Assembly (NCBI GenBank): GCA_902511425.1
Contig: CABXFE010000003.1
Span: 1 to 60,761 of the forward strand
Length of the DNA: 60,761 nt
Direction: 5' to 3'
DNA from: an uncultured SAR86 cluster bacterium
Lineage (GTDB): Bacteria; Pseudomonadota; Gammaproteobacteria; Magnimaribacterales; D2472
The position numbers and the translations under genes are program-made. Positions within the stretch are counted from its first letter, which is position 1. Every line of letters starts with the position of its first letter. The notes beneath the pieces were generated by a model that made no database searches, had not been told where the DNA came from, and saw nothing but the letters and a program-made list of their open reading frames with translations. Shown here piece after piece: positions 18,351 through 28,062 of the stretch.

Positions 18351-19378
18351 GCAAATCTTTTCTTGGAAGATTAATGCTCGATTTGGATGGAACCTCGCTT
18401 ACTCAAAAAGAAAATAAATTACTGCTCAATCCACATGTAGGAGGTGTAATTTTATTTGCAAGAAATATCTCTTCAAGAGATCAAGTTCAAGAGTTATGCG
18501 AAGAAATAAGAAAGATCAATCCAAAGCTTCTTATTGCAGTAGATCAAGAGGGGGGAAGGGTTCAGCGTTTAAAAGAAGGCTATACAATTTTGCCGACTAT
18601 GCAAAAATTATCTGCGTTTTTAAATTCAGATAGTGATAAAAACTTTTCATTTGCAACTGATTTAGGTTGGTTAATGGCCTCAGAGGTGATTGCATCTGGA
18701 TTAGATATAAGTTTTGCTCCTGTTTTAGATCTAGATGATTCCAGAAGTTCTATTATTGGAGATAGATCAATAGGTGATAATCCAGAGCAGGTTATTGCTA
18801 TTGCAAGCGCCTTTATTGAAGGCATGAACCAAGCGGGAATGCAGGCCACTGGCAAGCATTTCCCGGGACATGGTGGCATCTTTGCTGACAGCCATCTCAC
18901 TTTTTCTCAAGATACCAGATCTTTATCAGAACTAGAGAGCCATGACTTGCTTCCTTTTGATGCTTTAAAGCTTCAACTTGGCGGGATAATGACGGCTCAT
19001 ATATCTTTTACAAATATTGATAAAGAGATAGCAACCTTTTCAAAATTTTGGTTGCAAGATATTTTAAGAAATAAAATGGGATTTACCGGAACAATTTTTA
19101 GTGATGACCTCTCAATGAAGGGCTCAGATTATGTTGGAGGCATTGAAGCCAAAGTGGGTAAGGCATTAGAGAGTGGTTGTAACATGATATTGATTTGCAA
19201 TGATCGACCTGCAGCTTCAAAGGCAATCAATTTTCTAGAGAAAGAAAAAATTTCTCAGTCACAAAAAGTAACTAGATTAAAAGCTTCAGAATCAATTTCT
19301 TGGGCGGACTTAGAAAATGATGCAAGAAGAATAGATATAATAGATAAATTAAATATCATAGAAAGATTAAAGTTATGA
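18347..19378 (+). CDS. nagZ: Beta-N-acetylhexosaminidase (GH3)
   Basis: DQEGGRVQR, FAPVLD, KHFPGHG...DSH, SDDLSM. Confidence 0.93.
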   Translation: MSKSFLGRLMLDLDGTSLTQKENKLLLNPHVGGVILFARNISSRDQVQELCEEIRKINPKLLIAVDQEGGRVQRLKEGYTILPTMQKLSAFLNSDSDKNFSFATDLGWLMASEVIASGLDISFAPVLDLDDSRSSIIGDRSIGDNPEQVIAIASAFIEGMNQAGMQATGKHFPGHGGIFADSHLTFSQDTRSLSELESHDLLPFDALKLQLGGIMTAHISFTNIDKEIATFSKFWLQDILRNKMGFTGTIFSDDLSMKGSDYVGGIEAKVGKALESGCNMILICNDRPAASKAINFLEKEKISQSQKVTRLKASESISWADLENDARRIDIIDKLNIIERLKL

Positions 19379-19854
19379 CCTCTTTGCCAGACCTGTCTGA
19401 TCAACATTCTGAGCAAATTCAAATCGGCAAACTTGCATTGCAATCCTTTGGGAGTAGGCATTCAATTGCTGGAGAGATTTTTACAGTTTCTTGTTCAGAT
19501 GATAACTCTGTTGTGAAAGAAGCTCTCTCTCGAGAAGGAAAAAATAAAGTTTTAGTGATTGATGCCTCTGGTGTAACTCATGCCTCCATGATTGGAGACC
19601 AAATTGCAGAATCTGCAGTAAAAAATAATTGGGCTGGTATTGTCGTTAATGGCTGCGTTAGAGACGTTGAGGAGCTGAAGAATCTTCCTATAGGGATCTT
19701 TGCTAAGGGAGTGGTTGCTCAAAAAACAAATAAAAAAAATCATGGTTTTGAAGATGTGTTAATTTCATTCGGAAGCGTGGTTATGACTTCTGGGAAATGG
19801 ATTTATATTGATCAAAACGGGTGGTTAGTTGCAGACAATCAGCTAAAACTTTAA
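19375..19854 (+). CDS. RraA-family protein (RNase E regulator / HMG aldolase-like)
   Basis: SFG, DNS, VLVID, GD..A..A..NNWAGIVVNGCVRD. Confidence 0.85.
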   Translation: MTSLPDLSDQHSEQIQIGKLALQSFGSRHSIAGEIFTVSCSDDNSVVKEALSREGKNKVLVIDASGVTHASMIGDQIAESAVKNNWAGIVVNGCVRDVEELKNLPIGIFAKGVVAQKTNKKNHGFEDVLISFGSVVMTSGKWIYIDQNGWLVADNQLKL

Positions 19855-20724
19855 GTTTTTAATCGTTTGTTGTTTTTCTAACCAAATTGCATCAACAAAT
19901 GTTTGGAAGCTTTTCCTATAATCATCTTCTTCTTCAAAAGATCTATTTTTAAGGTTTTCGGGTAAAGCATAAGTCTTTGCAATAACTTTTGCTTTGCTTA
20001 AGTCGCCGCAAAGAAAGTCCCATGTCGACCTTTTTTTAGTTGCATAAACTACTGTAAAATCAATTAAAGTATTTACTTGAGGCATTCCTGATAAAGCAAT
20101 AGCCAGAGCTCCCACTTTTGGCTTTAATAAATTAGAGTAGGGGGACTCTTGCGCAGAATGCTTTTCGGAAGTAAACCTCGTTCCTTCAGCAAAGCTAAAT
20201 GCTGAAGAGGGATTTCTAGAAAATCTTTTTGCAGCTTTCTTTGCGTTCTCATAATCAACCCTTTTTAATTCTGGATTTGCTTGAATTTGAGCTCTCGAAT
20301 GCCTATTTAAAAATGGCATATCTACTGTTTTATGTACTAAATAAATAATTGGTATCCATTGCAATTCCTTTTTCATAAAGAACTTTAGAAGAGGTATTTT
20401 TTTATGACCTGCAGCTAATAAAATAAATATATCAGCCCATGATTGATGATTACTCATAGCAATGTACCAAGTCTCAGTATTCACATCCTTAGGTATTTGG
20501 AAGTCCCATTCAAGCTTATGCAATATTCTTAAAGCCGAGGCAATGCTAGCGACAGTCGCGCTACCCATTTTATTTGAAATGGAGCCTAAATAAATCTTCA
20601 AATTTTTATTAGGAATAATTCTAGGAATATTTGTAATTGAAAGGGGGATTAACCACAAACTGAGAATAATTAAAATTGCAAAAAAAGTCAGGATACCTAT
20701 AAAAAATCTTTTTAATTTACCCAT
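19843..20724 (-). CDS. PlsC-family acyltransferase (YihG-like)
   Basis: SNHQSWADI, KFFMKKEL.WIP, FAEGTRF, LLKPK. Confidence 0.85.
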   Translation of the reverse strand: MGKLKRFFIGILTFFAILIILSLWLIPLSITNIPRIIPNKNLKIYLGSISNKMGSATVASIASALRILHKLEWDFQIPKDVNTETWYIAMSNHQSWADIFILLAAGHKKIPLLKFFMKKELQWIPIIYLVHKTVDMPFLNRHSRAQIQANPELKRVDYENAKKAAKRFSRNPSSAFSFAEGTRFTSEKHSAQESPYSNLLKPKVGALAIALSGMPQVNTLIDFTVVYATKKRSTWDFLCGDLSKAKVIAKTYALPENLKNRSFEEEDDYRKSFQTFVDAIWLEKQQTIKNLKF

Positions 20725-21496
20725 GTGACTTTATTTTCACCCAAAATTCCTCAAGCTCATCTGAGGTTAGATTGTCTATTTCCTGATTATCCTTAGCAAT
20801 CTCTTTTTCCATCAATCTAAAGCGCTTTACAAATTTGTTATTAGCTTGATTAATAGCTTCACTTGCATCGATTTCCATGTGTCGACTTAAATTAATGATA
20901 GAAAATAGTAAATCTCCTAATTCTTCTTGGCTATTTTCTTTATTATTTTGCTGGATCTCATGTTTGAGCTCTTTTAACTCTTCCTCAACCTTTTCGATAA
21001 CATCAATACTTTCTTTCCAATCAAAACCTTTTTTGCTAGCTTTTTTTTGTATTTTTTTTGCTTTTAAAATTGGAGGTAATGACGCAGGTATATCAGCAAA
21101 AGTATTGCGAGTATCCTTTAGTTTTTTTTCTTGTGCTTTTATTGCATCCCATGCTTGGGTTTGCTCTTTAGCTGAAAGAGGTTTTGAGGCTCCAGCAAAG
21201 ACATGAGGATGTCTTCTAATCAATTTGTTATTTAATGAATCAACTATCTCATCAAAGTCAAATAACTCTGTCTCATTGGCTATTTCTGCCTGAAATATAA
21301 CTTGAAGTAAAACATCTCCAAGCTCCTCTTTAAGATTTTCATAATCTTTGTTAGCGATGGCATCTGAGACCTCATACGCCTCTTCGACAACGCAAGGAGA
21401 GAGCGATTCAAAAGTCTGCTCAATATCCCATGGGCATCCATTATCCTTATCTCGAAGCATGCGCATTGTCTCGAGTAAGGTTTTTATTGAGGACAT
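20717..21496 (-). CDS. mazG: Nucleoside triphosphate pyrophosphohydrolase
   Basis: GCPWD.EQT, EEAYEV, EELGD twice, KLIRRHPHVF, GFDW. Confidence 0.95.
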   Translation of the reverse strand: MSSIKTLLETMRMLRDKDNGCPWDIEQTFESLSPCVVEEAYEVSDAIANKDYENLKEELGDVLLQVIFQAEIANETELFDFDEIVDSLNNKLIRRHPHVFAGASKPLSAKEQTQAWDAIKAQEKKLKDTRNTFADIPASLPPILKAKKIQKKASKKGFDWKESIDVIEKVEEELKELKHEIQQNNKENSQEELGDLLFSIINLSRHMEIDASEAINQANNKFVKRFRLMEKEIAKDNQEIDNLTSDELEEFWVKIKSHG

Positions 21497-22635
21497 TAGA
21501 AACCGCTTATATCTGCATACCTTGCTTGATGAAATTCTGAGGTTCCAAAGATTTGTTCAGCAACTCGCGCTCTTTTAAGATAGAAACCAATATCATATTC
21601 ATCAGTTACACCTATCCCACCATGCATTTGGATTGCTTCATTGCTTACAAGATGGAGGGTTTCTCCAGCTTGAAACTTAGCTAGACTAGAAAGTCTTTCT
21701 AGCTCATTTGAATTTTCATCTGCAGCATGCATGGCAGCAATTACTGCTGATTTAGTTAATTCAATTTCACAGAACATTTTTGCAGCTCTGTGCTGAAGAG
21801 CTTGGAAGGATCCAATTTGCACACCAAACTGCTTTCTTTCTTTGAGGTAATTAACCGTAACCTCGAAAGCTTCTTCGGTGTTTCCTAACATCTCTGCTGA
21901 AATAGCAATTCGACCCAAATCAAGAATTTTCTCAAGAGTTTCGCCAGCTAAGTCTTGCTCACCCAATAAAGCATTTTGGTCTAATTTAAGATCAGACATT
22001 TTAATGTTTGCATAATTTCTAGAATCAGCTGTTGATATCTTAGTGATATCCAAGCCAGCAGTATCTTTATTAGTAACAAATACGGAAATTCCATTTGATT
22101 CTCCTGATTTGCCAGAGGTTCGGGCAACTAACAAAATACTATCTGCACTTGCGCCATCCACAACAAATGCTTTTTTTCCATTCAATACCCACTCATCTCC
22201 ATCAAGAACTGCAGTGGCGTCAATGGCAAAAGGATCATGATGACTGCCTTCGTCAATTGCTAAAGCTGTTGTTAATTCGCCGGCTACTATTTTTGGCAGA
22301 TAATTCTCTTTTTGCTCATCTGAGCCAAGCATATTGATGGCTGAGACACCAAGAACGGATGTTGATAATATTGGAGAGGGTGTCAGAGTTTTACCTAATT
22401 CTTGCATGATTACACTGATACCAGCCATCCCAAATTCTGAACCACCAAATTTTTCAGGAACAAGAATTCCAGACCATCCCAGCTCAACCATTTCTTTCCA
22501 TACTGTTTCATCCCAGCATTGAGCATTTTCACTATCTCGCATTTCTCTAAAATGAGTTACAGGAGTTTTATCTCTTGCAAAACTTTGAGCAGTATCTTTT
22601 AAAAACTGTTGCTCTTCTGTAAGTATTAATTTCAT
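21496..22635 (-). CDS. Acyl-CoA dehydrogenase, PimD-like short subunit
   Basis: RKQFGVQIGSFQALQHR, QMHGGIGVTDE. Confidence 0.87.
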   Translation of the reverse strand: MKLILTEEQQFLKDTAQSFARDKTPVTHFREMRDSENAQCWDETVWKEMVELGWSGILVPEKFGGSEFGMAGISVIMQELGKTLTPSPILSTSVLGVSAINMLGSDEQKENYLPKIVAGELTTALAIDEGSHHDPFAIDATAVLDGDEWVLNGKKAFVVDGASADSILLVARTSGKSGESNGISVFVTNKDTAGLDITKISTADSRNYANIKMSDLKLDQNALLGEQDLAGETLEKILDLGRIAISAEMLGNTEEAFEVTVNYLKERKQFGVQIGSFQALQHRAAKMFCEIELTKSAVIAAMHAADENSNELERLSSLAKFQAGETLHLVSNEAIQMHGGIGVTDEYDIGFYLKRARVAEQIFGTSEFHQARYADISGF

Positions 22636-22642
22636 ATGTTCC

Positions 22643-23827
22643 TTAGTTGGGAAGATCTAGAACTCTTCTAGAAATAACATTGAGTTGAACTTCAGAGGTT
22701 CCCCCTTCAATTGAATTAGCTTTAGTTCTCAGCCATGCTTTCGTTATGGCTTGCTCATCATCTGAAAAACCTTCATTCGTCCATCCTAAGCCTTTGTTTC
22801 CCATGGCGGCAATCATCAGCTCATAGCGATCTTTATTATGTTCAGTGCCGTAGTATTTGAACATTGAAGATGCCGCTGAAGCCTTTGCACCTTCGTCTCC
22901 AGAGCGCTGCAGGGTCAATCCAAATGCATGCTCTTTCATTTTATGCGCTGTTATATTTTCTCTTTGAGCTTGATTAGCTATTTGGCCATTAGCCTCACCT
23001 AAGTATTTTTTTGCTATATTTACAACATCTGCTCCAGATCCAGTTCCACCTCCGGCAAGTCCAAAATTAGAAATAAAGTTTCTTTCATGTTGCAGGAGTT
23101 TTTTGGCTATAGTCCAGCCAGAATTTTCGACTCCAACAAGATTTTCTTTTGGCGCTTTAACGTTATCAAAAAAAGTTTCACAAAACGGTGATTTACCACT
23201 GATGAGTGTAATTGGTTTGGTGCTAACTCCCTCAGTAGCCATATCGATAAGCAAAAAACTAATCCCATTATGCTTTGGCTCTTTTGGGCCAGTTCTAACA
23301 AGAGCAAATATCCAATCTGCCTTGTCAGCATAGGAAGTCCAAACTTTTTGACCGTTGACTAAATAATGATCACCCAAATCTTCAGCCTTAGTTGAAAGGC
23401 TAGCCAGATCAGATCCTGAGCCAGGCTCTGAATAACCTTGGCACCATCTAATTTCTCCTTTAATTATTTTTGGTAGATGCTCTCTTTTTTGCTCTTCTGA
23501 ACCAAATTCTATGATGCATGGTGCCAACATCCATATACCAAAGCTATTTAATGCTGGTCTTGCTTTAATTCTATACAGTTCTTGATGCAAGACTTTAGTT
23601 TGATCTCTATCAAGACCTCCACCACCATATTCTTTAGGCAAATTAGGCGCAGTCCAGCCTTTGTTTCCCATTCTTTCAAGCCATAATTTTGATTCGGGAT
23701 TTACATATTCTGCATTTCTACCGCCCCAAACCTCTTCTTCAGGCACCAATGGAGTTCTCATTGAAGGAGGGCAATTTTCCTCTAACCAATCCCTAACTTC
23801 TTGTCTAAACTGTTCTAAATGTTCCAT
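22643..23827 (-). CDS. Acyl-CoA dehydrogenase, PimC-like long subunit
   Basis: WCQGYSEPGSGSDLASL, GQKVWTS, HER, SIEGGTSEVQ. Confidence 0.9.
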   Translation of the reverse strand: MEHLEQFRQEVRDWLEENCPPSMRTPLVPEEEVWGGRNAEYVNPESKLWLERMGNKGWTAPNLPKEYGGGGLDRDQTKVLHQELYRIKARPALNSFGIWMLAPCIIEFGSEEQKREHLPKIIKGEIRWCQGYSEPGSGSDLASLSTKAEDLGDHYLVNGQKVWTSYADKADWIFALVRTGPKEPKHNGISFLLIDMATEGVSTKPITLISGKSPFCETFFDNVKAPKENLVGVENSGWTIAKKLLQHERNFISNFGLAGGGTGSGADVVNIAKKYLGEANGQIANQAQRENITAHKMKEHAFGLTLQRSGDEGAKASAASSMFKYYGTEHNKDRYELMIAAMGNKGLGWTNEGFSDDEQAITKAWLRTKANSIEGGTSEVQLNVISRRVLDLPN

Positions 23828-23901
23828 ATTTTTTGATTGCTTGCGCTTATTTAAAGAGCGTTTATTATAATCAAGTAATCATTTTTTTGGTAATTTAAAA
23901 T

Positions 23902-24948
23902 ATGAAATCATATCAAGCTCCAGAGGCAGGAAAACCACTTATAGAAGTAGAGTCTCCAACGCCTGAGCCAATTGGAAGACAGGTAATTATCAAAACTATA
24001 GCTTGCGGAGTTTGTCACTCTGATGTCCACATACACTCGGGTGCATTTGATTTAGGTGGTGGCAATGAATTGCCTGTTCCTGTTCCCAATCCATTCACAC
24101 TAGGGCATGAGGTCTTTGGAGAAGTCGTAGCAGTGGGACCAGAGGCAACCGACATAAGTGTTGGCGACAAAAGAATTATCTATCCATGGATTGGATGCAG
24201 TAATTGTGATGTTTGTGCCAATGGTAATGAGCATTTGTGCAATACAGGTCCCGTTATTGGCGTTATGCAACCTGGTGGCTTTGGAGATCATGTTGTAGTC
24301 CCAGATTCAAAATATTTACATGATGCAGGTGATACGCCTGAACATTTGGCAGGTAGCTATGCCTGTTCAGGTCTTACAGCTTATAGCGCTCTTAAAAAAG
24401 GTGCTCCGTACAATTCAGATCGTGATTTAATTATTATTGGCGTTGGGGGTGTTGGTATGATGGGTTTACAGATTGCCAAGGCAGCATTTAACTGCAGTCC
24501 CATAGTTGTAGATGTAGATGAAGAAAAGCTCAAATTGGCTCTTGAAAATGGTGCGTCAGCTGCTATCAATCCCATTGATGAGGATGCAATGATGAAAGTC
24601 TTTGAAATCACTGGTGGCAATTCGTCTGTTGCCATAGATTTTGTTGGCTCAGAGCAGTCAACTGCATTTGGAACAAACCTGTTAAGAAAAGGCGGCAAGT
24701 ATATTATTGTAGGGTTGTATGGAGGTGAGTTAAAACTTCCCTTACCATTGATCCCAATCATGGAAAGAGGCGTTCAAGGATCATACACTGGTAGTCCGGG
24801 TGATATGCATGAGCTGATGGAGCTTGTAAGATCTGGAAAAGTTGACCCAATTCCGGTAGAAAAAAGACCAGCCTCTCAAGCAAATCAGACTTTAGAAGAC
24901 CTTAAAAATGGTAAAATTCTTGGCAGGGCTGCTCTAATGCATGACTAA
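23902..24948 (+). CDS. Zinc-dependent alcohol dehydrogenase
   Basis: GVCHSD, LGHE, CxxCxxCxxxxxxxC, GVGGVG. Confidence 0.92.
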   Translation: MKSYQAPEAGKPLIEVESPTPEPIGRQVIIKTIACGVCHSDVHIHSGAFDLGGGNELPVPVPNPFTLGHEVFGEVVAVGPEATDISVGDKRIIYPWIGCSNCDVCANGNEHLCNTGPVIGVMQPGGFGDHVVVPDSKYLHDAGDTPEHLAGSYACSGLTAYSALKKGAPYNSDRDLIIIGVGGVGMMGLQIAKAAFNCSPIVVDVDEEKLKLALENGASAAINPIDEDAMMKVFEITGGNSSVAIDFVGSEQSTAFGTNLLRKGGKYIIVGLYGGELKLPLPLIPIMERGVQGSYTGSPGDMHELMELVRSGKVDPIPVEKRPASQANQTLEDLKNGKILGRAALMHD

Positions 24949-25691
24949 AGCTCGTCGATTAGCATGCTACAAATATTCTGTAACTCATCGTTAATCACTA
25001 TATCTGCACTTTGGTCATAACGAGTTTTTTCTCTATTCAATATAATAAGCTTTGAACCAGATTGCATGGCTAAATTAGGAAGCTTTCCTGCTGGCAAAAC
25101 TTTTAAAGATGAGCCCATCACAATCATTAAATCGCTATCTTCAACAATCTTTGAGGCATGCATCATGTCCATTTCATTCATAGGTTGGCCAAAAGAGATA
25201 GTGGCTACTTTTACAACACCGCCACAAAAAGTGCATTTCGGCAATGAGTCCTCAAGCTTTATAGCATCATGGAAGTCTAAAATATTTTGTTTTGCTGCGC
25301 ACTCTAAGCACGCAGCTTCAATAGCACTGCCATGAATTTCTATAATTTTGTTTTTAGGGATTCCCGATTTTTGATGTAACCCATCAATATTTTGAGTGAT
25401 TAAAAAATTATTCTTCTGCAAACTAGTAATTTTTTCAACAAACATATGGCCTAAGTTCGGTTTTATTTTTTTTAAAAGCGAATGGAGCTCAATATTTCTT
25501 TTCCATGACAATCTTTGCTTTGCTTCGCTTTGCAAAAACTCATTAAATTGAATAGGTTTATTTTTAGTCCAAAAACCATTGTCACTTCTAAAATCTGGCA
25601 GCCCAGATTCTGTGCTTATACCAGCACCGGTTAAAATTACGGTACCCTTGCTAGCTTTTACTAACTTAATGATTTCGTTAAATGTATTCAC
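24945..25691 (-). CDS. Sir2-family NAD-dependent protein deacylase
   Basis: GAGISTESGLPDFR, TQNIDGLH, IHG, CxxC...CxxC, GSSL.V.PA; GTG start. Confidence 0.92.
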   Translation of the reverse strand: MNTFNEIIKLVKASKGTVILTGAGISTESGLPDFRSDNGFWTKNKPIQFNEFLQSEAKQRLSWKRNIELHSLLKKIKPNLGHMFVEKITSLQKNNFLITQNIDGLHQKSGIPKNKIIEIHGSAIEAACLECAAKQNILDFHDAIKLEDSLPKCTFCGGVVKVATISFGQPMNEMDMMHASKIVEDSDLMIVMGSSLKVLPAGKLPNLAMQSGSKLIILNREKTRYDQSADIVINDELQNICSMLIDEL

Positions 25692-25720
25692 AAATTTGCT
25701 TTTAAATATACTTCAGAGAG

Positions 25721-25726
25721 TATAAT
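25721..25726 (+). promoter_or_regulatory. -10 box (TATAAT) 7 nt before the nadK ATG; overlapping TATACT on the minus strand (25719-25724)
   Basis: agTATAATtgctcgcATG; no Shine-Dalgarno. Confidence 0.55.
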
Positions 25727-25733
25727 TGCTCGC

Positions 25734-26597
25734 ATGTTTAAAAATATAGGCATTGTTTTAAAAAAAAGTCTCTCATCGAGTGAATCTTCTGTTGTGAGTG
25801 GATTGCTGAGTGTTTTGCTGAAAAATACCAAAACTATTTACTCAACTGATCATATTGACTATGAGGGTGTAGATATTGTCGATCATGAAAAATTTAGTAC
25901 ATCAGTTGAGTTAATAATAGTATTTGGTGGAGATGGTACTTTATTAGGAGCAGCAAGAAAATTTATAGAAAATGAGATTCCAATATTAGGAATCAACATG
26001 GGCGCTGTTGGCTTTCTTACAGATGTTAATATTGAAAACTTTGAATCAGTTATCAATGATGTTTTTAAGGGCAATTATATTCTTGAAGAAAGAAGTTTAG
26101 TTGAAGCTCAATTCTCAGGTCAGGAGGTTTTTGGTCTTAATGAAGTATTAATTCATTCAGGATCCTATGCCCAGCTTATGAGATATAGATTATTGATAGA
26201 TGGCAAGACTGTATATGAACAGCGATCAGATGGATTGATTGTTGCAACTCCAACTGGATCAACTGCATATGCATTGTCTGCAGGAGGATCAATAGTTCAT
26301 CCAGAACTAAATATTTGGAATATTATCCCCATGATGTCCCAGAGTCTTTCATCTAGACCCTTAATAGTTTCAAATAAGAAACCTCTGGAGATTCAGCCAA
26401 TTGAGGGACCGTTAGAGCATGCAATGGTTTGTGTCGATGGCCAAAAAGATATACCTGTAGAGTACAACAAATCTATTCATATTTCTAAAAAGAACTCATC
26501 TTTAAAAATTATTCATCCCTCTGATAATGATTTCTATGAGGCTTGCAGAGAAAAACTTGGTTGGAGCTTAGACATTACTGCTAAGAAAAACCCTTAA
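25734..26597 (+). CDS. nadK: NAD(+) kinase
   Basis: GGDGT, GFL, NE, DGLIVATPTGSTAYALSAGG. Confidence 0.95.
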   Translation: MFKNIGIVLKKSLSSSESSVVSGLLSVLLKNTKTIYSTDHIDYEGVDIVDHEKFSTSVELIIVFGGDGTLLGAARKFIENEIPILGINMGAVGFLTDVNIENFESVINDVFKGNYILEERSLVEAQFSGQEVFGLNEVLIHSGSYAQLMRYRLLIDGKTVYEQRSDGLIVATPTGSTAYALSAGGSIVHPELNIWNIIPMMSQSLSSRPLIVSNKKPLEIQPIEGPLEHAMVCVDGQKDIPVEYNKSIHISKKNSSLKIIHPSDNDFYEACREKLGWSLDITAKKNP

Positions 26598-26599
26598 AC

Positions 26600-27202
26600 T
26601 TGAATACAAATTCCTCATACTTTTTAATTATTGCGATTGCTGTTTCATTAAGCTTTTTAACAAATTTTGGCTTTAGTAGTTTGCTTGAGCCATTTCTTTT
26701 TCTAAAAAGTGACGGATCAAATTTATTTCCATCATTTCATAATACTTACATAGCCTCTCAAGAATGGTGGCGCCTTATTACCCCAACTTTTCTTCATTTT
26801 TCTATAACTCATTTAATATTTAATTGTTTATGGATTTATATATTGGGATCAAAGATTGAACTTATTGATGGAAGAGGGGTCTTCCTAACTTTATGTATAA
26901 TTTCTGGTCTATCAAGTAATCTCGGGCAATATTTTATAACCGGCGATTATCTCTTCGGGGGACTAAGTGGAGTTGTGTATGGTCTTTTGGGCTACTGTTT
27001 TATATTGGATTTAGACAACAGAGGCCAAAGATATGATCTTCCAAATGCGTTATACATTTTTATGTTCATTTGGTTATTAATTGGCTTTACAGGATTATTG
27101 AAAATTTTTGGTTTTGGAAATGTTGCAAATATCGCGCATTTAGTTGGTATGATAGCAGGGTTCATTCTTGGCATAATAGCTAGATACACTTTAAAGTTTT
27201 AA
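26600..27202 (+). CDS. Rhomboid intramembrane serine protease (GlpG-like, membrane domain only)
   Basis: WR...LH...H..FN, GLSG, AH..G; TTG start. Confidence 0.88.
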   Translation: MNTNSSYFLIIAIAVSLSFLTNFGFSSLLEPFLFLKSDGSNLFPSFHNTYIASQEWWRLITPTFLHFSITHLIFNCLWIYILGSKIELIDGRGVFLTLCIISGLSSNLGQYFITGDYLFGGLSGVVYGLLGYCFILDLDNRGQRYDLPNALYIFMFIWLLIGFTGLLKIFGFGNVANIAHLVGMIAGFILGIIARYTLKF

Positions 27203-27207
27203 CTTGC

Positions 27208-28041
27208 ATGAAAAAAATAACTAAAGCAGTATTTCCTGTAGCAGGCCTAGGTACTAGGTTTCTACCTGCTACTAAAGCTATTCCAAAAGAAATGCTCCCA
27301 ATCATTGATAAGCCATTAATAGAATATGCTGTTGAAGAGGCTGTAAGCGCAGGCATTACAGAAATTATATTTATTACCAGTCATACCAAAAGAGCAATAG
27401 AAGATCATTTTGATCAAAACTTTGAACTTGAAGAAAAACTTCAAAGCTCTGGCAAACATCATTTTTTGGAAAAAATTAATCGGGATATCTTTAAAGATAT
27501 AAAATTTACTTACGTAAGACAAAAAACACAAAATGGACTTGGTGATGCCATTTTGCATTCAGAGCATTTAATTCAAGAAGAGGCTTTTGCGATAATTTTA
27601 GCAGATGACTTAATTATAAATAATCCATCATGTATATCTCAATTGATCTCATCCTATGAAGATTACCAATGCTCAGTTATTGGCGTTAACGAGGTTCCGC
27701 GAAATGAAACAGAAAAATATGGTGTGATTTCTATTGATGACTCATCTTTAGCAAAAAACTCATTTTTTTTAAATGATATTGTAGAAAAACCAAAAACCAA
27801 CCCGCCTTCAAATCTTGCAGTGGTTGGAAGATATGTTCTTTCTGCCAAAATTTTTAAATATTTAAAAAATCTCAAACCAAGTGTTGGAGGTGAAGTGCAA
27901 TTAACAGACGCAATTAAACTGATGCTAGATGATGAAAAAGTAGTGGGACATTTGTATGAGGGAAAAAAGTTTGATTGTGGCTCTAGGCATGGTTATGTAG
28001 AAGCTATCAAATATCTTGCTAATGAACTTTTTGATGATTAA
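27208..28041 (+). CDS. galU: UTP-glucose-1-phosphate uridylyltransferase
   Basis: PVAGLGTRFLPATKAIPKEMLP, GLGDA, VEKP, VGRY, QLTDA, DCG. Confidence 0.95.
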   Translation: MKKITKAVFPVAGLGTRFLPATKAIPKEMLPIIDKPLIEYAVEEAVSAGITEIIFITSHTKRAIEDHFDQNFELEEKLQSSGKHHFLEKINRDIFKDIKFTYVRQKTQNGLGDAILHSEHLIQEEAFAIILADDLIINNPSCISQLISSYEDYQCSVIGVNEVPRNETEKYGVISIDDSSLAKNSFFLNDIVEKPKTNPPSNLAVVGRYVLSAKIFKYLKNLKPSVGGEVQLTDAIKLMLDDEKVVGHLYEGKKFDCGSRHGYVEAIKYLANELFDD

Positions 28042-28062
28042 GGCGGACCTGGATACTTTTAA

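Noticed and set aside
23888..23894. TGGTAAT half-site upstream of ADH
   Set aside because: No TTACCA partner at 16-nt spacing; cannot count as a third copy of the operator
24945..25691. Sir2 protein as an anti-phage NADase (Thoeris/DSR-type)
   Set aside because: Stand-alone classical sirtuin with Zn ribbon and catalytic His, in a housekeeping context with no defence partners
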